Assembly (NCBI GenBank): GCA_963713755.1
Contig: CAVQMW010000007.1
Span: forward strand, 220,465 to 284,464
Origin: an uncultured delta proteobacterium
GTDB lineage: Bacteria > Desulfobacterota > Desulfobacteria > Desulfobacterales > CAVQMW01
DNA length: 64,000 nucleotides
Reading direction: 5' to 3'
This document shows, in pieces, positions 36,177 through 44,916 of this stretch. The translations under genes were made by a program, and so were the position numbers. Under the pieces are notes generated by a model. That model searched no databases and had not been told where the DNA came from. It saw only the letters and a program-made list of their open reading frames with translations. Position 1 is the stretch's first letter. Each line of letters starts with the position of its first letter.

Positions 36177-36770
36177 CTATCGCAGCCCATCCTCACCTTT
36201 GGCATCTTCTTTCCTGAGCCCCCCGATTCGGGGCAACGGTCGTCCGGAATCGGTAACGGCTACAATCAGAACCAATTCATCGGCGCGGGGAGCATCGGGG
36301 ATCCGCACCTCCATGGCATCGAAGTGGGAACGCACAAAGGCGGCATCCTTATACCCCAGGGGGACATCCAGGGCAGCACCGGGGAAAGCCAGTTTTTTGG
36401 CTGAGGGGATGAGGGCCTTACCCCCGCCGACATTTCCCCGCATGGGCTTTCCCAGAGCCGGATGCATGATGGCCGCGCAGTGTTCCAACTCGCCATTTTC
36501 TCCCACCAGGGCGCCCTTGCCGTAACTCTCCACCTCCTCGGGAGCGATTCCCAGGGCGGCCACCGCTTTTTGGGTGAGGATTGCTCCCAATTCTTCGCTG
36601 ATCTCAATCAGCGAAGTAAGATCTTCCTGGTAGCTACCGGCGAATGGATTGGCAAACACCGCGGCAACCGCGGCTTTACGGGTGGCGGGCGATACATCCC
36701 GGGCGCCATCCCGGTGGGTTTCTTCCACAATGGTATAAAATTTTCGAATATGAAGTTGGGACTTGCTCAT
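36177..36770 (-). CDS. 'Amino acid synthesis' family protein (PF06684/DUF1185-like), function unknown
   Basis: About 197 aa. FANPFAG, GKGALVGENGELEHCAAIMH and GGGKALIPSAKK match my memory of this family. I chose the ATG with the GGAGAG RBS. Confidence 0.6.
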   Translation of the reverse strand: MSKSQLHIRKFYTIVEETHRDGARDVSPATRKAAVAAVFANPFAGSYQEDLTSLIEISEELGAILTQKAVAALGIAPEEVESYGKGALVGENGELEHCAAIMHPALGKPMRGNVGGGKALIPSAKKLAFPGAALDVPLGYKDAAFVRSHFDAMEVRIPDAPRADELVLIVAVTDSGRPLPRIGGLRKEDAKGEDGLR

Positions 36771-36803
36771 GGCGCTCTCCATCTCTGGTTCGGTCTTGCG
36801 GGC

Positions 36804-38291
36804 TTAGGCCCAGCGCTCGGTAACCGTCTTTTGATCCAAAAACAGGCGCATAGAATCGATGCGGGATTTGGCCAGCCCAAAGGCCGACTCATTCTTGGAG
36901 CCCAGGGGAAAGAAGGCAAAGGGCTGGGGCACGGGAACGTTGACTCCCACATTGCCCACATCGGCCTGCTTGATAAAGTTTCGGGCCACATGGCCGTCAC
37001 GGGTGAAGATGCAGCCCGAATGGCCGTAGTTGTCTTTTTCATTCATCCAGGCCAGGGCCTGGTCAAGGTCGTCGGCCCGCAGCAGATTGGCTACCGGTCC
37101 GAAGGACTCCTGGCGGGCAATGTGCATATCAGGATGGACTCCTTCGAAGATTGTCGCCCCCAAGAAAAATCCGTTTCTATAAGGCTCCGCCAATTTCGGC
37201 TGGCGGCCGTCCAAGATCATCCGTGCACCTTCATTGAGTCCCATCTCAATGAATTTGAGCACCTTGTTCTTACCTGCTTCGGTGACCAAGGGACCCATTT
37301 CCGTGGCTTCATCCAGTCCGTACCCAAGGGGCATGGCCGCCGAGGCGGCAACGAATTTCTCCTTGAACTCGTCATACGCATCACCGATCACCACGATGTT
37401 GTCGGCTCCCAGACAGCGCTGCCCGGCCATGCCGTAACAGCCCCGCAGCAAGCCGGCCACAGCCTTGTTCAGATCGGCATCGGGCATCAGCACCACATGG
37501 TTTTTGCCGTTACCGTTGACCGAGGCCTCCTTACCCAAGCGCCCGGCCTGGGCGAAGAGTTCCAGCCCCACGCTTGAGGAGCCGATAAACCCTACCCCTT
37601 TGATTGCGGGGTGCTCCAGAATCATCTGATTAATCTTGCGGCCACCGTAGATCAGATTGTTTAAGCCCGGCGGAAATCCTTTGACTTTGCTGACAGTCTC
37701 AAAAATGGCCTGGGCACAAATGGGATCAGCGGAGCTGGGGCTGACGATCACCGGACAACCGCTGGCCAGGGCGTAGGGCACATAGGAGGACCAGGCATGC
37801 ATGGGAATGTTGTTGGGCGTGATGATCAGAAAGACTCCCCGAGGCTCCCAGTAAAGGGTTTGATCCAAACCCATGGCCAGGTCGGGCACATATTCACCCT
37901 TGGTCATCAGCATCAGCGCCGAACAGGCCGATTCGATATTCTCAATACAGCGCCGCAGCGTCCCCCGGGCTTCACCGATGGTACGGCCATGATCCTGAAC
38001 CAGGATTCGGCAGAGCCGGTCATAGTCCAGCTCAAACTGTGCGCGCAAATCAAAGAGGCAGCGCGCCTTGTCCCGCAGAGAAACCTGCTTCCAGGCCGCA
38101 AGTGCCCCCTGGGCGGCTTCGATGGCCTCGGTAACCTCGCCCTCGCTGCTGACGGCAAAGGCGCCGATCTCTTTTCCGGTGGCCGGGTTCACTACTGCCT
38201 GGCTCAGAGGTTCAGAGGCGCTGCGCCACCTACCGTTGATGTACATCTTTAATTTGCCGTAATGACCCCGGACTTCTTCCAAAACTGCCAT
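36804..38291 (-). CDS. CoA-acylating (methyl)malonate-semialdehyde dehydrogenase-family aldehyde dehydrogenase
   Basis: 495 aa. The catalytic Cys lies in AGQRCLG. The family-specific C-terminus is PVPQPFAFFPLGSKNESAFG (compare MmsA/IolA PAPMAFFPFSGWKNSFYG). The Rossmann motif is GFIGSSSVG. Confidence 0.85.
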   Translation of the reverse strand: MAVLEEVRGHYGKLKMYINGRWRSASEPLSQAVVNPATGKEIGAFAVSSEGEVTEAIEAAQGALAAWKQVSLRDKARCLFDLRAQFELDYDRLCRILVQDHGRTIGEARGTLRRCIENIESACSALMLMTKGEYVPDLAMGLDQTLYWEPRGVFLIITPNNIPMHAWSSYVPYALASGCPVIVSPSSADPICAQAIFETVSKVKGFPPGLNNLIYGGRKINQMILEHPAIKGVGFIGSSSVGLELFAQAGRLGKEASVNGNGKNHVVLMPDADLNKAVAGLLRGCYGMAGQRCLGADNIVVIGDAYDEFKEKFVAASAAMPLGYGLDEATEMGPLVTEAGKNKVLKFIEMGLNEGARMILDGRQPKLAEPYRNGFFLGATIFEGVHPDMHIARQESFGPVANLLRADDLDQALAWMNEKDNYGHSGCIFTRDGHVARNFIKQADVGNVGVNVPVPQPFAFFPLGSKNESAFGLAKSRIDSMRLFLDQKTVTERWA

Positions 38292-38374
38292 GCTATCTTC
38301 TCCTTGGTTTACTTAAACGCATATTACCGTAAAAAATCTTGAGGCTATGTTGTGTGTTCAAGTGCCTCCGTTTC

Positions 38375-39085
38375 CTAGTCAATGGAGATTGCCATTTCCG
38401 CAGTGGCTTGGGAATCTCCTTGTCTCAACGCTTCATGGGTCGGGGCAATGAGTTTGGCCGCCACCTCCAACGCTTCCAATACATGGGTTTTCATCAATCG
38501 GCACGCCTTGGCCCGCTCCCGGCGGCGAATGGCGCTTAAGATATCCTGGTGGAAACGGATGGATTCCCTGAGATGCCGGGTATCCTGGAGGGTGCGGTAG
38601 CTGAAGCGCTGGATCTGCAAGTGCAATGTGGAGGCGAATTGCGTCAGGCGTTCGTTGGCGGCCACCTCTAAAATCAGATGGTGATAGGCGTGGTGCAGCT
38701 TCTGATAACGCAGCAAATCCGGCGGCTGCCGGCTCACGCAGGACTCCATCTCATCCACCAGGTGCCCCAGGTGGGTAATATGTTGGTCATGGAACCGGTC
38801 CAGAGCTATATCGACGGCCATGGCATACAGATGGGCCTTGAGGGTGTAGACCTCCCAAACATCCTTAAGGGTCATTTCGGTGACAAAGACGCCCCTGCGG
38901 GGCCGGCGAACCACCAGACCTTCGGCTTCCAGGCCTTTGAAGGCCTCCCGGACAGGCGGCCGGCTGATATTGAGACCGCTGGCGATCTCCTCTTCCTTGA
39001 TCTGCTGGCCGGGCGCCAGATCCCCGCGGGCAATGCGTTTCATGATATGGTCTCGGGCCAGATCGGATAAGGATTGAACTTCCAT
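38375..39085 (-). CDS. GntR-family regulator with an FCD (FadR C-terminal) ligand domain
   Basis: 236 aa. The wHTH is EEEIASGLNISRPPVREAFKGLEAEGLV, followed by a helical FCD domain with His residues. Confidence 0.9.
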   Translation of the reverse strand: MEVQSLSDLARDHIMKRIARGDLAPGQQIKEEEIASGLNISRPPVREAFKGLEAEGLVVRRPRRGVFVTEMTLKDVWEVYTLKAHLYAMAVDIALDRFHDQHITHLGHLVDEMESCVSRQPPDLLRYQKLHHAYHHLILEVAANERLTQFASTLHLQIQRFSYRTLQDTRHLRESIRFHQDILSAIRRRERAKACRLMKTHVLEALEVAAKLIAPTHEALRQGDSQATAEMAISID

Positions 39086-39131
39086 GATCCTCCAAGGTGA
39101 TGGATGGGGGTCGCGATGGGGTTCAATATTG

Positions 39132-39161
39132 TTTATTGTCTTTTGTAGACAATTCTGTCAA
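39132..39161 (-). promoter_or_regulatory. Candidate sigma70 promoter with an embedded GntR-type palindrome
   Basis: On the minus strand: TTGACA-18 nt-AATAAA. The spacer carries the inverted repeat ATTGTCT-tttgt-AGACAAT (39135-39153), which fits the GT..AC operator style of GntR/FadR regulators. It lies about 50 nt upstream of the GntR ATG. Confidence 0.4.
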
Positions 39162-39163
39162 CT

Positions 39164-39213
39164 AAAAAAATCCTCCATACCATCATGCATTCCAACACAT
39201 GGATGATGTATGG
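39164..39213 (-). terminator. Rho-independent terminator after the OYE gene
   Basis: On the minus strand: CCATACATCATcCATG-loop-CATGATGGTATGG followed by AGGATTTTTTTAG. Confidence 0.65.
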
Positions 39214-39289
39214 CAAAATCACCCATTCCAGGATGATCCGCAACGGGGATTTTATCTATCACTTTAAATTGCGAGACAGCAGTTGTGGT

Positions 39290-40411
39290 CTAGGATTGGA
39301 GTGATTTCTCGTGTTCCTTCTTTTCCACCACACAATAGATGCCGCCCTCTTCCAGGGCGGGCTTGAAGCAGCTGTTGCAGGAGATGCACTTAGCGGGGGG
39401 GCAATCCCCCCGCTGCCAGCGGTTGGGCAGTTCCGGTTCGCGGATCAGGGGGCGGGAGAGGGCCACATAATCCAGGCCCTCGGCATCAACGGCCCGGGCG
39501 GCCACCTCGTATGAGCGAAATCCCCCCACGCAGATCAGCGGGCAGCCCACCTGGGCTTTAACCGCCTTGGCCAACTCCAAATTGTAGGCTTCCCGCTCCG
39601 GGGAGTTAATGCGGGTTCGGGCTGGGGTTTTGGAACCCGAGGCCGGGGTGCCTGCCGAGACTTCAATGGCGTCGATTCCGGCCCGATCCAATTTTCTAGC
39701 AGCAAACAGGGCGTCCTCGAGGGTCAGCCCGCCATCGAGATTGTCACTGGCGTTGAGCTTGATGAACAGCGGATAGTCATGCCCCAGGGTTTGACGCACC
39801 TCTTCATACACCTCCATGAGGAACCGGCAGCGGTTTTCAAGGGATCCACCGTATTGGTCACCGCGCCGGTTGGTCAGGGGGGAGAGGAATTGATTGATCA
39901 GGTAGCCATGGGCGCCGTGAAGCTGAACCCCGTCAAAGCCCCACTGCTTGGCGCGTCGGGCGCCCTCGGCAAATGCGGCCACGATCCGGGCGATCTCCTC
40001 CCGGGTCAGCTCCGCGGGCACCACGGGATACTGGACTGTTTCCACGGCGGAGGGCGCCAGCGGCAGACCATCGATGAACTGGGCCTGGGCCTGCCCGCCG
40101 GCATGGACCAGCTGGATAGCGATTTTTCCGCCGGATTGATGGACCGCGGCGGTGAGCGCCCGAAACGATTCCTCAAAGGCATCGCTGTAAATTCCCATCT
40201 TGCCTTTCTGCTGTTTACCTTCCGGGCTCACGTAGGTGTATCCCGATATGATCAGACCGACCCCGCCCGCGGCCAGCTCCCCATAGCAGGCCGCCAGTTT
40301 CGCCGTCGGCCGGCCGTCGCTGTCACACATGCCTTCCCAGGTCGCCGAGCGCACCAGCCGGTTGGCAAGCTGCATCCCGTTTAACCGCGTTACCTCAAAT
40401 AATTCCGCCAT
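39290..40411 (-). CDS. Old-Yellow-Enzyme-family FMN oxidoreductase with a C-terminal 4-Cys motif (short form)
   Basis: SATWEG, HGAHGYLINQFLSP and the TIM-barrel pattern are present. The tail reads CISCNSC...GGIYC. I chose the start at MAELFE, which has the RBS GAGGAG. Confidence 0.85.
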   Translation of the reverse strand: MAELFEVTRLNGMQLANRLVRSATWEGMCDSDGRPTAKLAACYGELAAGGVGLIISGYTYVSPEGKQQKGKMGIYSDAFEESFRALTAAVHQSGGKIAIQLVHAGGQAQAQFIDGLPLAPSAVETVQYPVVPAELTREEIARIVAAFAEGARRAKQWGFDGVQLHGAHGYLINQFLSPLTNRRGDQYGGSLENRCRFLMEVYEEVRQTLGHDYPLFIKLNASDNLDGGLTLEDALFAARKLDRAGIDAIEVSAGTPASGSKTPARTRINSPEREAYNLELAKAVKAQVGCPLICVGGFRSYEVAARAVDAEGLDYVALSRPLIREPELPNRWQRGDCPPAKCISCNSCFKPALEEGGIYCVVEKKEHEKSLQS

Positions 40412-40724
40412 GAAGCTCCTCGTTCGCTGCCGCGGGTATCTCTGCAATCCTCTTCGGGCAGCAGGTTCAATTTAATGGAATTGTCGCTGAATGCTTTGGC
40501 ATGCTGACATTTTCGCTGAGGAAAATCAACCAAGCAATGCCCCTTGCGGCAAGGGATAAATCCAGTAACGGGTCAGGCTCGCCGCCGACAGTTGCCGGCC
40601 TGCCGGGTTCATTGACCCATGCCGGATGGATGGCGAATCCACCGGTTTATATCCCTTGACTTTGGGACTGAAAATCCTTAAATCGCTAGAGCAAATTACT
40701 TAACAACAAAAAAGGAGATCGGAT

Positions 40725-41174
40725 ATGCTTAAGGAATTCAAGGAATTTATTTTGAAGGGCAACGCGATGGACATGGCCGTGGGGATTATCATCGGGGCGG
40801 CCTTCGGCACGGTGGTGAAATCCCTGGTGGAAGATGTGATTATGCCCCCCATCGGGCTGCTGCTGGGGAATGTTGACTTTTCCAACCTATTTATAGTGAT
40901 CAAGGAAGGCGCCGCCGCAGCCCCCTATGCCTCCTTGAAGGCTGCCGAGGAGGCCGGCGCAATCACCCTCAACTTCGGCATCTTTTTCAACAACATCATC
41001 AGCCTCTTGATCGTGGGGTTTGCCGTATTTATCCTGGTGAAAAATATCAATCGCTTACAAAAGGAAGAGCCCGAAGAAGCCCCCACCACCAAGGATTGCC
41101 CCTTTTGCAAGTCGGAAATCGCCCTGGAAGCGGTGCGCTGTCCCCATTGTACCTCGGAAATCCCGGCGGCCTGA
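40725..41174 (+). CDS. mscL: Large-conductance mechanosensitive channel with a C-terminal CxxC..CxxC tail
   Basis: [28 protein letters not shown] is the canonical MscL N-terminus. RBS AAAGGAG is present. The tail reads [18 protein letters not shown]. Confidence 0.92.
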   Translation: MLKEFKEFILKGNAMDMAVGIIIGAAFGTVVKSLVEDVIMPPIGLLLGNVDFSNLFIVIKEGAAAAPYASLKAAEEAGAITLNFGIFFNNIISLLIVGFAVFILVKNINRLQKEEPEEAPTTKDCPFCKSEIALEAVRCPHCTSEIPAA

Positions 41175-41184
41175 TCTACGCCGG

Positions 41185-41230
41185 AAGGCAAGGTGGCGAT
41201 CGTAATCTTCCGCCCCTTGCCTTGATTTTT
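41185..41230 (+). terminator. Hairpin plus T-run between the convergent mscL and FKBP genes
   Basis: AAGGCAAGG-21 nt-CCTTGCCTT followed by GATTTTT. Confidence 0.55.
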
Positions 41231-41233
41231 CTC

Positions 41234-41662
41234 TCAATAGAGCACCAGCAGCACCACTTCAAAGACCAAATCCTTGCCGGCAAAGGGATGGTTGGCGTCC
41301 AAAGTCACCGCATCGTCGTGGACCTGGACAATGATCATGTTGACCATCCCGCCGGACTCCCCCATGTACTGCACGGTGCGGCCCACGGCGATATCCTGCT
41401 GGGTGGGCAGTTCCTCTTTTTTAACGGTGATCACTCGGGATTCATCCCGCCGGCCATAGCCCTCTTCAGCAGGTATCTCGATGGTGCGGGACTCTCCCAC
41501 CTCCATCCCGACAATCCCCTGCTCCAGTTTTTTAATCAGTTTGCCCTTGCCCAAAGTAAATTCCAGGGGCGGCCCGCTTTTGGAGGTGCCCAGCACCTCG
41601 CCGCCGGGCAGCTTGACGGTGTAGTGGATTTTGGCGCGGTCACCGATTTGAGCGGTCTTCAT
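41234..41662 (-). CDS. FKBP-type peptidyl-prolyl isomerase (SlyD-like)
   Basis: KIHYTVKL..GEVLGTS....LEFTLGKGKLIKKLEQGIVGMEVGE....IPAEEGYG with an insert-in-flap region. I chose the start at MKTAQIGD. Confidence 0.85.
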   Translation of the reverse strand: MKTAQIGDRAKIHYTVKLPGGEVLGTSKSGPPLEFTLGKGKLIKKLEQGIVGMEVGESRTIEIPAEEGYGRRDESRVITVKKEELPTQQDIAVGRTVQYMGESGGMVNMIIVQVHDDAVTLDANHPFAGKDLVFEVVLLVLY

Positions 41663-41880
41663 TTCGATACCCCGTTGATGTTGAACTAAGGAAAGTGGTT
41701 TCGTTTTTGGGCCTCGGACCCACACAAACTTCTTAAATTTCACCGCGGAGACGCAAAGTCCGCAAAGTTTTTTAGGATAAGTTCTCTCTTTGTGATCTTT
41801 GCGGCTTTGGAGTGATAAACAGATATTGCCATGGTTTCCCCCATTTTGTCGGTGTTCGTCATTGTGGGTCTGTGGCTAAA

Positions 41881-43731
41881 TCACTTTTTCCCTTTGTCCC
41901 CCTTTTTTCCCGCGCCCCGCTGGAGGTAGCGCTGACTCACAGGCAGTACCGCCTTTCGCAGACGGATGGACAGGGGGGTTACCTCCACCAGTTCGTCCTG
42001 ACGAATGAAACTGATGGCCTGTTCCAGGGTCATAGATTTCACCGGGGAGAGCAGCACGGCATCGTCCTTGCCGGCGGCGCGGATATTGGTCAGCTTCTTT
42101 TCCTTGCAGGCATTAACGTCCAGGTCGGGGCCCCGATTGTGCTCACCGATGATCATGCCCTCGTAAACCGGGGTGCCGGGGGTGATGAAGAGCCGGCCCC
42201 GGGGCTCCAGATTGTATAGGGCGTAGGGCACGGCGCTGCCCCTGCGGTCGGCCACGATGGACCCGGTAAAACGGCTGGGGCATTCGCCCCGGTGGGCCTC
42301 GTAGCCGTCGAAAATGGAATACATGATCCCAGTGCCCCGGGTATCGGTGAGAAATTCGTCCCGGTAGCCGATGAGGGTGCGCGCGGGCACCGAAAATTCC
42401 ACCCGCACCCGGCCCAGGCCGTTGTTGACCAGATTGGTCATCTTGCCCTTGCGCAGGGCCAGCTTTTCCGTCACCACCCCCAGAAACTGATCTTCGCAAT
42501 CCACCAGCAGCTTCTCGATGGGCTCCAGGCGGGTGCCGTTTTCATAGCGATAGATCACCTCGGGCCGCCCTACGCAAAATTCATAGCCCTCCCGGCGCAT
42601 GGTCTCGATGAGAATCGCCAGCTGGAACTCACCGCGCCCCTTGACCAGAATGCAGTCCCGGTCGGCCAGGGGTTCCACCTGGATGGCCACGTTGCTCAGG
42701 GTCTCTTTGATCAGCCGCTCGCGGATCCGCCGGGACTGGACATACTTGCCCTCCTGCCCGCCCATAGGCGAATTGTTGATGGTAAACTGCATGGCCACCG
42801 TGGGCTCGTCCACGGTGATCCGCGGCAGGGCCCGGGGCGCCTCCAGGTTGCAGATGGTGTCGCCGATGCGCACATCTTCGATCCCCGCCAGCACCACGAT
42901 GTCACCGGCCTGCACCTGATCCGCATCCACCAGTTCCATGCCCTGATAGACCTGCAGTTTGGAGACCTTTAGAGAGATCTGGTCGCCTCCCTCGCCGATA
43001 CAGACCAAGCTGTCCCGGGAGCGCGCCGTGCCGTTGGCGATTTTGCCCACCGCCAGCCGCCCCAGATAGTCGGAGTAGCCCAGGTCGGCCACCAGCATCT
43101 GAAATGGCGCCTCGGGATCGTGGGCCGGTCCGGGAATAGACGCTACAATAGTGTCCAGCAGGGGGTGCAGGTTGGTGCCCGGCTCTTCCAGGGAAACCCC
43201 GGCGATCCCATCCCGGCCCACGGCGTAGAGCACGGGAAATTCGAGTTGGTCATCCCTGGCGTCCAGGTCGATGAACAGGTCGTAAATTTCATCCAACACC
43301 TGCTCGGGACGGGCGTCGGAACGATCGATCTTGTTGATCACGCCGATGATGGGCAGCCGCGCCTCCAATGCCTTTTTGAGCACAAAGCGCGTCTGGGGTA
43401 AGGGGCCTTCGGCGGCGTCCACCAGCAGGATGGCGCCGTCGGCCATGGAGAGCGCCCGCTCCACCTCCCCGCCGAAATCGGCGTGGCCGGGGGTGTCGAT
43501 GATATTGATGCGCACCCCCTTCCAGAGCACGGAGCAGTTCTTGGCGGCGATGGTGATGCCCCGTTCGCGCTCCAGGTCCAGGGTGTCCATGAGGCGTTCA
43601 TCCACGGTCTGATGCGCCTGAAACAGGCCGCTCTGGCGGAACATGGCATCCACCAGGGTGGTTTTGCCATGATCCACGTGGGCGATAATGGCGATATTTC
43701 GAAGATGATTGTTGCGGATCAAGGTTGACAT
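41881..43731 (-). CDS. typA: Translational GTPase TypA/BipA
   Basis: [32 protein letters not shown] and NKIDR. It has EF-G-like domains and a basic C-terminal tail. The start is at MSTLIRNN (CAT at 43729-43731). Confidence 0.95.
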   Translation of the reverse strand: MSTLIRNNHLRNIAIIAHVDHGKTTLVDAMFRQSGLFQAHQTVDERLMDTLDLERERGITIAAKNCSVLWKGVRINIIDTPGHADFGGEVERALSMADGAILLVDAAEGPLPQTRFVLKKALEARLPIIGVINKIDRSDARPEQVLDEIYDLFIDLDARDDQLEFPVLYAVGRDGIAGVSLEEPGTNLHPLLDTIVASIPGPAHDPEAPFQMLVADLGYSDYLGRLAVGKIANGTARSRDSLVCIGEGGDQISLKVSKLQVYQGMELVDADQVQAGDIVVLAGIEDVRIGDTICNLEAPRALPRITVDEPTVAMQFTINNSPMGGQEGKYVQSRRIRERLIKETLSNVAIQVEPLADRDCILVKGRGEFQLAILIETMRREGYEFCVGRPEVIYRYENGTRLEPIEKLLVDCEDQFLGVVTEKLALRKGKMTNLVNNGLGRVRVEFSVPARTLIGYRDEFLTDTRGTGIMYSIFDGYEAHRGECPSRFTGSIVADRRGSAVPYALYNLEPRGRLFITPGTPVYEGMIIGEHNRGPDLDVNACKEKKLTNIRAAGKDDAVLLSPVKSMTLEQAISFIRQDELVEVTPLSIRLRKAVLPVSQRYLQRGAGKKGDKGKK

Positions 43732-43924
43732 ACAGTCTGCGGACCTCCTTGGGATTTTGGCGAAAAGGGGCACTATACCCATTTGCCCGCGGATTGCAAT
43801 GGCGGCCGCCAGGCACGGCACCAAATAGCGGCTGTAAGGAATTGCATTTCAAAGTCGAATATTAGAGAAAGAACGGAACGGTTCGGATCAGTGGTCCAAT
43901 TCCTTACCCCCAAGGAGGGTCCCC

Positions 43925-44734
43925 ATGTCGGCACCACCCAAACTCACCCAGGGGCTGGAGCGTCGGGTTCTGCGACACCTGGAGCGCCCCAACCGGCGCT
44001 ACCGCCGCTACGCTTTCAACAATATGACGCGGCTCTTTGAGACGATTCAGCCCGGGGATGTGCTCCTGGTGGAGGGCAATTCGGAGATCAGCCGCTGGAT
44101 CAAACTCTTCAGCAATAGCCAATGGAGCCATGTGGCTTACTATGTCGGTGACGCCCTGATAAGCCCGGAGCATCCTGTGGCTAAAGCGACCCGGCAGCGA
44201 CATGCCGAGGGCGCCTCGCGACTGCTGGTGGAGGCCTTCACCGGCCGGGGCGTCATCACCACCCCCCTGGAGGCCTACCGGGACTACAACATCCGCATCT
44301 GCCGGCCCTACGGGATCCAGCCCGAGGATCAGCGCCGGGTTACCCGAAGAGTGGTGGCCGATATCGGCAAGCACTACGACACCCGCAATATCCTGGACAT
44401 CGCCCTGATGACCCTGCCCCTGGCCCTCAACCCCTTTCGCCGGCGCAGCATCAAGGCCTGCCTGGGGGGCTGCAGCGACTACCAAGTGATCTGTTCCGGC
44501 ATGATCGCCAAGGCCTTCCAGTCCGTGGACTACCCCATCGTGCCCGCCTTTGACGCCCCGCCGGGAAGCCTGCCGGACTTCAAGCGCGGCCCCTACGGCG
44601 CCCGGCTGATCATGCGCCACTACTCCCAGATCCTGCCCCGGGATTTCGACCTCAGCCCCAATTTCGAGGTGATCAAGTTCAACCTGCCCAAGGATGAGCC
44701 CTTTGACTATCAATCCCTGTGGGCCGATGGTTAG
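43925..44734 (+). CDS. YiiX/C92-like permuted papain-fold hydrolase candidate
   Basis: 269 aa. The pattern is IQPGDVLLVEG..SHVAYYVG...LLVEA...Y....CSGMIAKAF. RBS AAGGAGGG is present. Confidence 0.5.
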   Translation: MSAPPKLTQGLERRVLRHLERPNRRYRRYAFNNMTRLFETIQPGDVLLVEGNSEISRWIKLFSNSQWSHVAYYVGDALISPEHPVAKATRQRHAEGASRLLVEAFTGRGVITTPLEAYRDYNIRICRPYGIQPEDQRRVTRRVVADIGKHYDTRNILDIALMTLPLALNPFRRRSIKACLGGCSDYQVICSGMIAKAFQSVDYPIVPAFDAPPGSLPDFKRGPYGARLIMRHYSQILPRDFDLSPNFEVIKFNLPKDEPFDYQSLWADG

Positions 44735-44916
44735 GCTGACAATTACCCTCGCGTGAGACTTTTGATTTCCGGTTAAGGTTGTTTGTTCATTTTCTCACCT
44801 TCTGCTGGTGTTCTCTTGATAGTATTCTTCTTTATCGCGTAGCGATATATATGAAACTGGCACCCCTGCCCACATTGGGTAGGCGACAGCGGCTCTGCAT
44901 TGGAATCAACCAGAAT

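Noticed and set aside
40448-40724. Searched long intergenic gaps (3989-4301, 7641-7838, 8340-8547, 11906-12158, 40448-40724, 43732-43924, 46988-47230, 57154-57385) for tRNA, riboswitch or sRNA signatures.
   Set aside because: I saw no cloverleaf-compatible sequence, conserved riboswitch core or convincing promoter-terminator pair by eye. A covariance-model scan (Infernal/Rfam, tRNAscan-SE) would be needed to exclude them.
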